IMG/VR virus record: IMGVR_UViG_3300037424_003018
Location: 1-43,461 of that record
Direction: 5' to 3' (one strand)
Length of the DNA stretch: 43,461 nt
From: a virus
Lineage: Duplodnaviria; Caudoviricetes
Each line of letters opens with the position of its first letter. The first letter of the stretch is position 1. A program made the position numbers and the translations under genes. The notes beneath the pieces were generated by a model, which did not search any database, was not told where the DNA came from, and saw only the letters and a program-made list of their open reading frames with translations. This document shows, in pieces, positions 7,643 to 16,737 of this stretch.

Positions 7643-7948
7643 ATGACTTTGAAGGAATTTTTAGAAGCAGTGGGCGGCGAAGAAAGCAACATCATTGAAT
7701 ACGCCACGGAGTCGGAATCTATGGAAGCGGTCAAGCAAAACGGCTATGCCCTGAAGTACGTGAAGGAGCAGACCGAGGCCGTGTGTCTGGAAGCGGTCAA
7801 GCAAAACGGCGATGCCCTGCAGTACGTGAAGAAGCAGACCGAGGCCGTGTGTCTGGAAGCGGTCAAGCAAGACGGCTATGCCCTGCAGTACGTGAAGAAG
7901 TTGGTATTTGTCAGAGTCGAGCAGGTAACACAACAGGAAATAGCGTAG
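7643..7948 (+). CDS. DUF4116-like 22-aa repeat protein
   Basis: EAVKQNGYALKYVKEQTEAVCL repeats. Confidence 0.85.
   Translation: MTLKEFLEAVGGEESNIIEYATESESMEAVKQNGYALKYVKEQTEAVCLEAVKQNGDALQYVKKQTEAVCLEAVKQDGYALQYVKKLVFVRVEQVTQQEIA
7724..7900 (+). repeat. 66-bp tandem repeat, about 2.7 copies
   Basis: Units start at 7724, 7790, 7856. Confidence 0.95.
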
Positions 7949-7956
7949 ATGTTTTT

Positions 7957-7992
7957 AGCCTGAGCCATGCAATGTGGCTCAGGCTTTCTTTC
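7957..7992 (+). terminator. Rho-independent terminator
   Basis: AGCCTGAGCCAT/GTGGCTCAGGCT stem followed by TTCTTTT. Confidence 0.75.
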
Positions 7993-8025
7993 GGGTATAG
8001 GGATGTGGGTTTCGATTAAGGGAAT

Positions 8026-8337
8026 ATGACTGCTACACTGTTTGACATTGAAATAAAGCCAAGACTCGAAATGGAGTTCGACAAATTCCATAATGAAAAT
8101 CCGCGAGTCTATCAACTCTTCGAGCGGTTCACGCTTGAGGCGATCAGCCGAGGCCATGGCCATTACTCCGCAGATGCGATCATGCATCGGGTACGGTGGG
8201 AAACATCGATCAGTACGACAGATCCAGAATTCAAAATCAATAACAACCACGTTGCATTTTATGCTCGCATGTTCATGGATAATAATCCGGAACGTGTGGG
8301 CTTTTTTGAAACACGCCAAAGAAAGAATAGCCTATGA
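8026..8337 (+). CDS. Conserved phage hypothetical protein
   Basis: FHNENPRVYQLF...IMHRVRWET...INNNHVAFYAR; ATGA-coupled to next gene. Confidence 0.75.
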   Translation: MTATLFDIEIKPRLEMEFDKFHNENPRVYQLFERFTLEAISRGHGHYSADAIMHRVRWETSISTTDPEFKINNNHVAFYARMFMDNNPERVGFFETRQRKNSL

Positions 8338-9101
8338 GTGGTTACACGAAGTTATATAGCAGTATCATACATTCGACGATCTGGCGTGAAGATGACAAGA
8401 CGCGGATAGTCTGGATAACCATGCTGGCAATGGCCGATGAAGCGGGCAATGTTATGGCTTCGCTGCCAGGGCTGGCGGATGCGGCCAGGGTGACAATCCC
8501 GGAGTGTGAAAAGGCACTTGAAAAATTATCAAGCCCGGACGCACATTCCAGGAGCAAAGAAAAAGAAGGCCGAAGGATTGAGGATATAGACGGCGGGTGG
8601 AATATTATAAATCGGAATAAATACCGCGACAAGGCGTCAAACAGGAGCGAATATTTCAGGGAGTATAGGAGAAAAGAAAGGGCCGCAAAGGGCTTATTCC
8701 CACAGGATGGGCAAGAGGAAACAACCGAGACCGCACAAAGCAAACAACCGCGATTGATAGAGCCTACTGAGTTTGCCGCCTACTGGAACCAGCATAGCAG
8801 CTTGCCTGGGATTCAGAATATGAACCCATCACGTGTGCGGCAATTAAAGACCAGGGCCAAAGAAGCCACATTTGCTGAGAACTGGAAAGCCATCATCAGG
8901 AAGCTATCAGAGTCGACATTTCACACCGGCAACAATGACCGTGAATGGAAAGCCACGGTTGATTGGATACTCAAGAACGATACCAATTACATGAAAATCC
9001 TTGAAATGCCGGACAGGAAAAGTCAAATAGCAAAAGCTCTCGGCAAAAAAGAAACAACTCTGGAAGATGCAATAAAACTCGAGAAGGAGCTTGGACTGTG
9101 A
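8334..9101 (+). CDS. Phage replication initiator-like protein
   Basis: YTKLYSSIIHSTIW N-terminal wHTH-like region; C-terminal GNNDREWKATVDWIL...KILE. Confidence 0.75.
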   Translation: MSGYTKLYSSIIHSTIWREDDKTRIVWITMLAMADEAGNVMASLPGLADAARVTIPECEKALEKLSSPDAHSRSKEKEGRRIEDIDGGWNIINRNKYRDKASNRSEYFREYRRKERAAKGLFPQDGQEETTETAQSKQPRLIEPTEFAAYWNQHSSLPGIQNMNPSRVRQLKTRAKEATFAENWKAIIRKLSESTFHTGNNDREWKATVDWILKNDTNYMKILEMPDRKSQIAKALGKKETTLEDAIKLEKELGL

Positions 9102-10840
9102 CGGATGTTAAAGAGGCTATTCGATTCGACCGCCAGGCTCTGCTGAATGAACTGATTGTTCATGGGGCGGTTGTTAAAGGTCTGGCAATCAAATGCCCGT
9201 TTCACGAGGACAAGAACCCATCGGCCGGCGTGTTTTGTGGTGAAGATAAGGTATGGCGTTACAAGTGTCACGGTTGCGGATTCACCGGCGATATCTATGA
9301 TGTTCGGGCAAAAGCGACTGGCAAGAATGTTGCCGATGTTTTGAAGGCAGCCAGTGACCCAGGCCGGCCGGCACCGCACGTCTATCGGAACTTTGAAGAG
9401 ATATTCCAGACGTTGCCTGGGCAGGTTGAGCATATCTATTACTACACCCATCCGCAGAGCAATAAAGTTGAACTGGCTGTTATACGCTATATCGGTCAGG
9501 ACGAAAAGAAGAAGTTTGCTCAAGTTATGCCATCTTCCGGGGGGTGGATTAAACAGGCACCGCCGGCACCGCGGCCTTTGTATCGCCGGAAAGAAATCAT
9601 CCAGGCCGAAACCGTGGTAGTGGTAGAAGGTGAAAAATGTGTAAACGCATTGAATGAGTATGGCATAGCAGCAACAACATCCTCGGGCGGTTCAAGTTGT
9701 GCCGGGCATTCGAGTTGGTCAATACTGGCCGGCAAGAGAATTATCCTTTGGCCTGACAATGATGAAGTCGGGATTGCCTATATGAAGCAGGTTAAAGCGA
9801 TTTTAGAGAAGCTCGAACCGCAACCGTCGATTTCATGGCTTGACCCGGCCTCTTTGATGATGGAAGAAAAAGAGGATGCCGCGGATTTCTGTTCCAGCAT
9901 GGCCACGCGGAATGACGCAGCGACATGCAAAGAGATTCTTGCCGAGGCGTTGAAGCAGGCCAAAGGAATTGGTTTTTCTGCCGACGTTGCCGGCCTCATT
10001 GAAGATACCATCACCGGCAAGCGTAAAGCGATTGACTGGCCGTGGAAACGTTTCGGGGCCATGACCAATGCTTTATTGCCTGGAACTGTGACATTGATTT
10101 GCGGGGATCCCGGGAGCACGAAATCATTTTTCTTAATTGAGGCACTTGCCTACTGGCACCAGATCGGCTTGAAGGTTGCCTGTTATGAACTCGAAGAAGA
10201 CCGCAAATATCACCTACTGAGAGCATTGGCACAATTGACAGGCAACTCAAAGGTTCTTGATTGCGACTGGGTGAAGGATAACCCAGAGGCAGCAAGAGAG
10301 GCAGTCCAGGCCCAGATAGACACGCTTAATGGGCTTGGTCGCTGCATCTGGGAATCGCCAACGGCAGATTGTACTTTAGTTCTATTGGCCGAATGGGTGG
10401 AGAAGATGGCAAAGGCTGGCTGCCGGGTGATAGCGATTGACCCAGTGACAGCAGCAGAGCCGGATGATAAGCCGTGGATTGCCGACAGCAAATTCATCAC
10501 GCGGGTTAAAAAGGCAGTGAGTGAATCTGGGTCAAGTCTCATATTGATTACCCACCCCAAAAAGGGCCGCAAGGGAAATGTCAGCCTGGACGAATTGGCA
10601 GGCAGTGCCAAGTATGCGAGAGCGTCACAAACAATTGTGTGGATTGAATATCTGGCAGAGTATCAGGAATATTCCGTCAAAGGTGACCTTGGCCCGTTTG
10701 ACGTTGAAGTGAATCGAACTGTTTTCCTTGCCAAGACCAGGAATGGCAAAGGGCAGGGGCATGAAATTGCATACCGGTTTTCAGGCGAATCGCTGAAGTT
10801 CGCTGAACAGGGAATAGTTATTAGTAAGAAGAAAAAATAG
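9098..10840 (+). CDS. Primase-helicase (CHC2 zinc finger, TOPRIM, DnaB/RecA-like ATPase)
   Basis: CPFHEDKNPS..CHGC; VVEGEK, PDND, DAAD; GDPGSTKS, IAIDP, ITHPKK, KTRNG. Confidence 0.9.
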   Translation: MTDVKEAIRFDRQALLNELIVHGAVVKGLAIKCPFHEDKNPSAGVFCGEDKVWRYKCHGCGFTGDIYDVRAKATGKNVADVLKAASDPGRPAPHVYRNFEEIFQTLPGQVEHIYYYTHPQSNKVELAVIRYIGQDEKKKFAQVMPSSGGWIKQAPPAPRPLYRRKEIIQAETVVVVEGEKCVNALNEYGIAATTSSGGSSCAGHSSWSILAGKRIILWPDNDEVGIAYMKQVKAILEKLEPQPSISWLDPASLMMEEKEDAADFCSSMATRNDAATCKEILAEALKQAKGIGFSADVAGLIEDTITGKRKAIDWPWKRFGAMTNALLPGTVTLICGDPGSTKSFFLIEALAYWHQIGLKVACYELEEDRKYHLLRALAQLTGNSKVLDCDWVKDNPEAAREAVQAQIDTLNGLGRCIWESPTADCTLVLLAEWVEKMAKAGCRVIAIDPVTAAEPDDKPWIADSKFITRVKKAVSESGSSLILITHPKKGRKGNVSLDELAGSAKYARASQTIVWIEYLAEYQEYSVKGDLGPFDVEVNRTVFLAKTRNGKGQGHEIAYRFSGESLKFAEQGIVISKKKK

Positions 10841-10851
10841 AAAGGGATTGT

Positions 10852-11450
10852 ATGGACATGTTTGAAAAGTTTTTAAGTTTCGACAAGATGAACCGGAAGT
10901 GGACGAAGCTAATTAACGCGGTCAAGAGCGACAACGAAGACCCTGTTTTTAGCTGCATCGAAGTATCAAAGCGGTTCATTGTTGCAGGCGATGGCCGGCA
11001 GGCGATTCGCATTGAGTATGGCCCGGACATTCCGCTCAAGCCAGGCACGTATTACTTCACAAAATGCCGGGTACTTGTTCCGGTCAAAAAGGATGATGTG
11101 AAGTTCCCGAACATTGAAGCCCACTTCATTGACAGCAAATTCACCAAGACGGCGGCAATCGAGCTGATGGACCAGCCGCTTGTGGCAATGGCCTGTGCGG
11201 TTGCCGAGTTCGATTCTGTCATCAACCTGGACTTGTTCCGTGAAACGTTCGATGCCATTGCCGACCTAAGCCTGAATACGTCCGGCTCTATGGTTACAAA
11301 GAGCAGAACAGCAAGGACTTCATGATGATTGAATTCCAGGTTGATGATATCAAGGTCCGGCATGTCTTCAAGCCTCTCGACTTCACGCGGGAAAAGCTGG
11401 TTGTTGTGGACAATCAACCCTGCTTGTTTGACCTCAAGAAAGCGGTGTAA
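10852..11450 (+). pseudogene. Beta-sliding-clamp-like protein split by a -1 frameshift near 11244-11325
   Basis: IVAGDGRQAIRIE, FPNI, INLDLFRETFDAI; the -1 frame continues KPEYVRLYG...MMIEF...RHVFKPL to TAA at 11450. Confidence 0.5.
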
Positions 11451-11455
11451 GCAGC

Positions 11456-11830
11456 ATGGGCGAATTTGCAAAAACATTTGAGGTTCATCGAGGTGAAGGA
11501 TATGCCTTCATCGTCCGGGATTACGGCGGGGCCGGTGTGAAGCTGGAACTGACAGGGCCGGATGAAGAGATTCATTCCGTCATGCTGAATGTGGACACCA
11601 TGACAGATTTTTGCAAGTGGCTTAGCCACGTCACCGGCCAGACATTTCTGACATTGCCGCTTCAATCAAAGTCAGCAATCAACAGTGTTTTGAAGAACAA
11701 GAGGCTGGCCAGGGCTGACCGGGCAGTACTCCAAAAAATCGCCGAGGTAATTGAGGTTATGGTTGAAAAGAAAACGCCGACTGGAAGGGAATCCAGCATA
11801 GCATCACGGGCGTTGGGGCGGTCATTATGA
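11456..11830 (+). CDS. Hypothetical protein, paralog of 22120-22563
   Basis: GEGY....DYG.AGV motif shared. Confidence 0.75.
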   Translation: MGEFAKTFEVHRGEGYAFIVRDYGGAGVKLELTGPDEEIHSVMLNVDTMTDFCKWLSHVTGQTFLTLPLQSKSAINSVLKNKRLARADRAVLQKIAEVIEVMVEKKTPTGRESSIASRALGRSL

Positions 11831-12363
11831 GAATACCGCTGAAGATGGCACAGAGAATGGGATTCGAGCCGGATAAAAGACTGGTGATTGATTACGGCAA
11901 TACACGGATCACTGAGACAGTCGGCGGCAAGTTGTGCCACTTTCGTAGCCTGCTCGAATGCAACTGGTCGTATTACCTTCAATGGTTGAAGGAGAATAAC
12001 CAGATAAGGGATTGGGCATTCGAGCAGACTACCTTTATATTCAGGGATGAAACCCGTGGAGCAAAGCAATTCCTGGTCGACTTCGATGTGCTCAATACAG
12101 ATGGCACGTTTGAGTATCACGAAACAAAGGGCTGGCTTCGCGGGACCGATGTAACGAAATTTCAGCGGCTGGCAAAGTATAGGCCGGAAGTCAAGATTGC
12201 TCTGGTCATGTCCGGAAAGTCAAAGAAGGACGCCAACAGGATCCGTCAGATTGAAAAGTACACGTTTCGGACGGCCATTTATTACCCGGATATCAAACGG
12301 CAGCTCAGGGGGATAATCAGATTTAAAACCAAGGAAGATGTTATGACAGGAGAAGTCGCATGA
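11827..12363 (+). CDS. DUF1064-like PD-(D/E)XK endonuclease
   Basis: FRSLLE, QTTF, FLVDF, HETKG. Confidence 0.75.
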   Translation: MRIPLKMAQRMGFEPDKRLVIDYGNTRITETVGGKLCHFRSLLECNWSYYLQWLKENNQIRDWAFEQTTFIFRDETRGAKQFLVDFDVLNTDGTFEYHETKGWLRGTDVTKFQRLAKYRPEVKIALVMSGKSKKDANRIRQIEKYTFRTAIYYPDIKRQLRGIIRFKTKEDVMTGEVA

Positions 12364-12626
12364 GTAACGAGAACTTTGAAGAGACAAACCCGGCAGCGGT
12401 CGAAATGGTCCACACGGCAGAACGTGAAGCAGAAATCCAACGGCGGCAATTACAGTTCCCGGAAATCGTTGCCTGTGGGAATAAGCGGATTGACGAACTG
12501 GCATACCTGATATACGAGGCCCGGCGTTCTCTTCTCATGGGCCTGCCGGTTGTATCTCAATCGTCGCTGGATATCGCAATGGACATTATCAGTGAGCTTC
12601 AAAATGAACACCGGGCAATGGAATAA
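12360..12626 (+). CDS. Hypothetical protein
   Basis: AGGAG RBS; ATGA overlap with upstream gene. Confidence 0.7.
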   Translation: MSNENFEETNPAAVEMVHTAEREAEIQRRQLQFPEIVACGNKRIDELAYLIYEARRSLLMGLPVVSQSSLDIAMDIISELQNEHRAME

Positions 12627-12855
12627 CATTGAGTTTCATGCCAGCCTGCCGATTTGCTCGACGTATCACGGCTGCATGATTCACGTGGAGTATATGTCTT
12701 TGGGCCAGAGGCATGAGTTGGGTTTCAGGTATCGGATTGGATTTGAAAATTTGGCAAAGGCAATATGGTATCGGCACAAGAAGCAAAGGAAATGTGACAC
12801 AGTGAAACGTGGAGTCTGTCGGGGCTGTCCTGATTGTACTCCGATAAAAGGATAA
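12604..12855 (+). CDS. Hypothetical Cys-rich protein
   Basis: Fills the operon gap; CRGCPDC; start uncertain. Confidence 0.5.
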   Translation: MNTGQWNNIEFHASLPICSTYHGCMIHVEYMSLGQRHELGFRYRIGFENLAKAIWYRHKKQRKCDTVKRGVCRGCPDCTPIKG

Positions 12856-12878
12856 AGCAGTAACGAAAGGGATTTACA

Positions 12879-13568
12879 ATGAGAAAGTGGTTGTTGGTTA
12901 TGGTTATGGCGGTGTGTATGGGAATGTTCATGGGTTGTGACATGACACCTCAGCAGCGGGTTGCTTATTATCAATCAGCAGCGGCCGCAACACAGGAGTT
13001 TATCAGCGAACTGGATAAAGCAATCTATGCCGTGCAAGTGCTGATTGCCGATGGAGAAACAATGTTAAAGGATCCGAAGGTGGATATCGGCGACAAGGCA
13101 GATATCCAGGCGAAAATCGAAAAGGGAAAAGAGCAGCTTGCGGCTCTGCTGGAAAAGAAAGAGGAAGCAAAAAAAACAGTCGACGTATTCAAACAGCAGA
13201 TTGATGACGTGCTTGCCAAAGGAGAGGTAACGATTGACGACGAAGCCAAGCTGGTAGGCGGCGGGATTCAGCAGGTTGCTCCGTTTATACCAGGCAAGGC
13301 CGGGGCAGTCGTATATCTCATAGGCGGGGCCATTATGACATTCGGCGGCTTGATTGGAAAGTCATGGCAGAAGATAGCCGATGCGATCGAGATTGCCAAA
13401 CTCAAGAAACAACAGAAGGCTATCATTGACTCGGTATCGGTTGGACTTGACAAACTGCCTGACGAATCAGCCAAAACGATGAAAGACGAAATGAAGATTG
13501 CACAGGCAAAATCTGGCGTCCGTGGCGTGGTCGATTCGTTACGCAACACACCTTCAATGATGGTTTAA
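12879..13568 (+). CDS. Lipoprotein with coiled coil and internal hydrophobic segment
   Basis: MRKWLLVMVMAVCMGMFMGC lipobox; AVVYLIGGAIMTFGGLIG. Confidence 0.8.
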   Translation: MRKWLLVMVMAVCMGMFMGCDMTPQQRVAYYQSAAAATQEFISELDKAIYAVQVLIADGETMLKDPKVDIGDKADIQAKIEKGKEQLAALLEKKEEAKKTVDVFKQQIDDVLAKGEVTIDDEAKLVGGGIQQVAPFIPGKAGAVVYLIGGAIMTFGGLIGKSWQKIADAIEIAKLKKQQKAIIDSVSVGLDKLPDESAKTMKDEMKIAQAKSGVRGVVDSLRNTPSMMV

Positions 13569-13574
13569 ATATCT

Positions 13575-13763
13575 ATGACGAGTGCCATCATAATCTTTCT
13601 GTGCATTGCGATTTGTACGCCGGATGCGTTTTCTATCGGGGTTCGATACTCCACGGTACGAATTCCGAAAATCATTGCTGTTAGTGTCCAAAGAAGAAAG
13701 GAGCGTGTCCTGGGCATTGCCGACCAAACGGCAATACAACTGAATAAGTTCATAGATAAATAA
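13575..13763 (+). CDS. Small hypothetical protein
   Basis: Hydrophobic N-terminus; no clear RBS. Confidence 0.3.
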   Translation: MTSAIIIFLCIAICTPDAFSIGVRYSTVRIPKIIAVSVQRRKERVLGIADQTAIQLNKFIDK

Positions 13764-13819
13764 TGGAACAAAGATGAGAATTTCCCCAAAGATTTAACAT
13801 CATCAAGAGAAACATCCTA

Positions 13820-13845
13820 ACCCCCTGGCGGCGTAGCCAGGGGGT
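13820..13845. other. GC-rich hairpin upstream of ParB gene
   Basis: ACCCCCTGGC/GCCAGGGGGT stem, 6-nt loop. Confidence 0.6.
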
Positions 13846-13876
13846 ATTAAAAAACCAGAACAGGAGAATCAGAAAA

Positions 13877-15463
13877 ATGACACAGGAAACAAAACAGCCG
13901 AGGTTTGAGAACCTGCCACTCAAACAGTTAATCCCTACACCGGAAAACCCACGGCAGATAAACGAGAAGACAGCGAAATTCATTGAGCTTCTCGACAGCG
14001 TGAAGCGTGAAGGCGTCCGGGTACCGGTGATGTGCCGGCCCCATCCGACCAAGACGGGATTCTATGATTTACGTGCGGGCGGCAAGCGATTCAGAGCTGC
14101 GACAATCGCAAAATGCGAAACCGTCCCGGCACTGGTCTACGAAGGCATGACCGACATTGAAGCCTTTGACTTGACCTGCGTAGAGAACATGGGCCGCGAA
14201 GACCTGTTGCCTCTCGAAGAAGTCCAGACGGTCGCAACCATGCTGGAAAAGCATGATAACGATTATAAGGTTGTCGCCGACAAACTCGGTAAGCCGGAGC
14301 GGTGGGTACATTTACGTAACAACGTAAATGAGAATCTTGCCACTGAATGGGCCAAAGAAATGGCCAATGAAAAAAGCATATTCGTCCTGTGGACTATCAG
14401 TCACCTCGAATTAATTGCCAGATTCGACAAGAATACCCAGGTCCGGCTATTGAAGGAAATGCAGCAGGACCAATGGACCTTTAAAAAAATATCGCTCAAA
14501 GATTTACAGAAAGAATGTACCGAGTTCGTAAGGTCTTTGAAAAAAGCACAGTGGAAAATTGACGAGCAACTCACGGATTCAAAGGGCGAGGCATTGCCGG
14601 TGTGCAATAAATGCAAAAAGCGTTCTGGATGCCAGCCGCAACTATGGGATAGCAAAACCGAGGGCGGCAAAGATGACCGTTGCCTTGATGTGGCGTGCTG
14701 GAACAACAAGAGCACGGCAGTATTGTCCAGAGAGGTCGAAAAACAGAAGGCGTTACATCCAGACCTTAAACTTATTATCAGCGGGGGTAGCGGGTGTGAT
14801 GACGACGAAGAGGAAATTGGAAAACAGATGGGACTGCCAATCGTCCAAAGATGGAATTTGCAATCAGCCAAAAAAGACGAAAAGGGAGCGTTTCCCGTTT
14901 ATACAATTGGCGGCGATTCGGCTGGTAAAATCTTGTGGATGAAGCCTAATAAAGGCAGTTCATCTTCGTCGGCCGGCACAAAGGCCAAGGCTGGCGGCCT
15001 GTCGCTGAAAGAGAAGCGAGAGCAGCTTGACAAAAAGCGTTGGTTTAGTGTTCTCGAAAAACTCCATACCCAAGTTGGCAAGCTGGCAATTAATAGCATC
15101 GTCCATGCCGACAAACTTTCAACTGTCGCCGTTCTTATCTCTATGTACGGTACCCATGAATGCCAATGGGATGATAAGTACGAAGGCGACAAAAAGAAAG
15201 AAGCCCGCAAAAATTATCTCGGCAGGAAGAACTTCCGCGACAGCGATGAATGCAAAGAAACGCTGGTATCTCTATGGAACATGCTCAAGCCGAAGCTGCT
15301 TGAGTCGTTTCATTACAATGGTCCGATCACGCAGACCCCAGACAAAGACATCAAGTCCGGCAAAGAGATTGCCGCACTGGTTGACATTGACATTGATGCG
15401 ATGTTCAAGGCTGCCTGCGAAGAAATCAAAGAGCCGAAGTCATGGAAAAACCTTGAGAAGTAA
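13877..15463 (+). CDS. ParB/RepB/Spo0J family protein with Cys-rich central region
   Basis: NPRQ, LLDSVKREGVRVPVMCR, AGGKRFRA, ENMGREDLLPLEE, HTH; C..C...C..C..C. Confidence 0.88.
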   Translation: MTQETKQPRFENLPLKQLIPTPENPRQINEKTAKFIELLDSVKREGVRVPVMCRPHPTKTGFYDLRAGGKRFRAATIAKCETVPALVYEGMTDIEAFDLTCVENMGREDLLPLEEVQTVATMLEKHDNDYKVVADKLGKPERWVHLRNNVNENLATEWAKEMANEKSIFVLWTISHLELIARFDKNTQVRLLKEMQQDQWTFKKISLKDLQKECTEFVRSLKKAQWKIDEQLTDSKGEALPVCNKCKKRSGCQPQLWDSKTEGGKDDRCLDVACWNNKSTAVLSREVEKQKALHPDLKLIISGGSGCDDDEEEIGKQMGLPIVQRWNLQSAKKDEKGAFPVYTIGGDSAGKILWMKPNKGSSSSSAGTKAKAGGLSLKEKREQLDKKRWFSVLEKLHTQVGKLAINSIVHADKLSTVAVLISMYGTHECQWDDKYEGDKKKEARKNYLGRKNFRDSDECKETLVSLWNMLKPKLLESFHYNGPITQTPDKDIKSGKEIAALVDIDIDAMFKAACEEIKEPKSWKNLEK

Positions 15464-15526
15464 ACAGTGCCCCGGTTGGTGCCGGTGTGGATGAAACCTG
15501 TCTGCACCGGCAGCCAATATAAAACT

Positions 15527-15904
15527 ATGATACAGATTTGCCCAACACATAATATACCGCTTGTTACCAGCCAGACGAAATACGGCCCACGGCATAGCTG
15601 CCCACGTGAAGGCTGCACGGTTGTATTATGGGGAAAGAGTTTGACCGCCACGCCAGCGGATGAAGAGACAAGGCGGCTGCGTCACAGGTGCCACATAGCG
15701 TTTGACCCGATATGGAAATCGGGCAGAATCAAAAGGTCCACTTTATATCAGGAACTTTCGGAATATCTCGAATTGTCCAGAGAAGAAACTCACATCGGCA
15801 AATTCGATAAAGCGAAATGTTTTGAGGTATTACGATTCTGTCAGCAGCCAAGATATCAAGGAAAAATATTGAGACATGGAAGGGAAAACAGACATGGAAA
15901 GTAA
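15527..15904 (+). CDS. DUF3268-like zinc-finger protein
   Basis: CPTH, CPREGC, ADEETRRLRHRCHIAFDPIW, THIGKFD. Confidence 0.75.
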   Translation: MIQICPTHNIPLVTSQTKYGPRHSCPREGCTVVLWGKSLTATPADEETRRLRHRCHIAFDPIWKSGRIKRSTLYQELSEYLELSREETHIGKFDKAKCFEVLRFCQQPRYQGKILRHGRENRHGK

Positions 15905-16385
15905 GTGTAAAAGGGCCATTATTCTTTGGGTGTTTTTGTTGGCAATGATATTGATTTGTGAGATCGCGTGTGGTGATAGGATAAAACACCATGACCCGAA
16001 CGTGCCATGCCGGGATACCGTACCCGACTATGAGTCACATCCGTTGTATGGCCATGACTGTAATAGCCTGCCATATTTTATAGAGTACTCAACAGGCAAG
16101 CCGTGGATTGCGGAGTTTTTCAAACACTGGCTGGGTTGTCACCCATACAACGACCCAATTCGAGAAATGGACATTAATTTTGACGGCAAGACGGATTTAA
16201 AAGACTTTGCCCTGTTGTCGAAATGCCGATTGGTCTGGGTAACAAATACCGGAACGAAATACCACACGTTCCGGGATTGCCCTTACCTGTCAAAGAGCAG
16301 ACGGCCGCTGTTGTGGGTTATGGTTGATTCAAAGTACACGCCGTGCTCCCTGTGCATATCGAGAGCATGGCTGGAAGGGAATTGA
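15894..16385 (+). CDS. Signal/TM, dockerin-like motif and Ada-like metal-binding domain protein
   Basis: IILWVFLLAMILICEIACG; DINFDGKTDLKDFALL; VWVTNTGTKYH...C..L...YTPCSLC. Confidence 0.75.
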   Translation: MESKCKRAIILWVFLLAMILICEIACGDRIKHHDPNVPCRDTVPDYESHPLYGHDCNSLPYFIEYSTGKPWIAEFFKHWLGCHPYNDPIREMDINFDGKTDLKDFALLSKCRLVWVTNTGTKYHTFRDCPYLSKSRRPLLWVMVDSKYTPCSLCISRAWLEGN

Positions 16386-16386
16386 T

Positions 16387-16737
16387 ATGCGTGAACGCTG
16401 GGGAATAGTGCAGTCTCATCGCAATTATGCCATAAGCGACAAAGGCCGGGTTCGGAATCTTAACACTGGAAGGCTCTTGAAACCACAAATGGCAAAGCGT
16501 GGCGGGAATTATTTATTTGTTAATCTATACGCCAATGGAAAACGCCGGAATATTAATGTCCATATTTTGGTAGCAAGTGCATTTTTAGTTAAACCAGAAT
16601 CGGGCGGCTATATTGCAACGACATGGCTGGTTGACCACAAAGACGGTAATCGACAAAATCCGCGACTCGATAACTTGGAATATGTCACACCAAAAGAAAA
16701 TGCGAGACGCAGGGAGCTAAGGAAAAAAGTTAAATGA
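16387..16737 (+). CDS. NUMOD4-HNH endonuclease
   Basis: NYAISDKGRVRN, HILVASAFL, VDHKDGNRQNPRLDNLEYVT..EN. Confidence 0.92.
   Translation: MRERWGIVQSHRNYAISDKGRVRNLNTGRLLKPQMAKRGGNYLFVNLYANGKRRNINVHILVASAFLVKPESGGYIATTWLVDHKDGNRQNPRLDNLEYVTPKENARRRELRKKVK

Noticed and set aside
7724-7900. DGR template/variable repeat pair
   Set aside because: Tandem and coding, differences are not restricted to adenines (T/G), and no reverse transcriptase is in the window.
8620-8770. Iteron origin inside the initiator gene
   Set aside because: A-rich, but no convincing iteron array.
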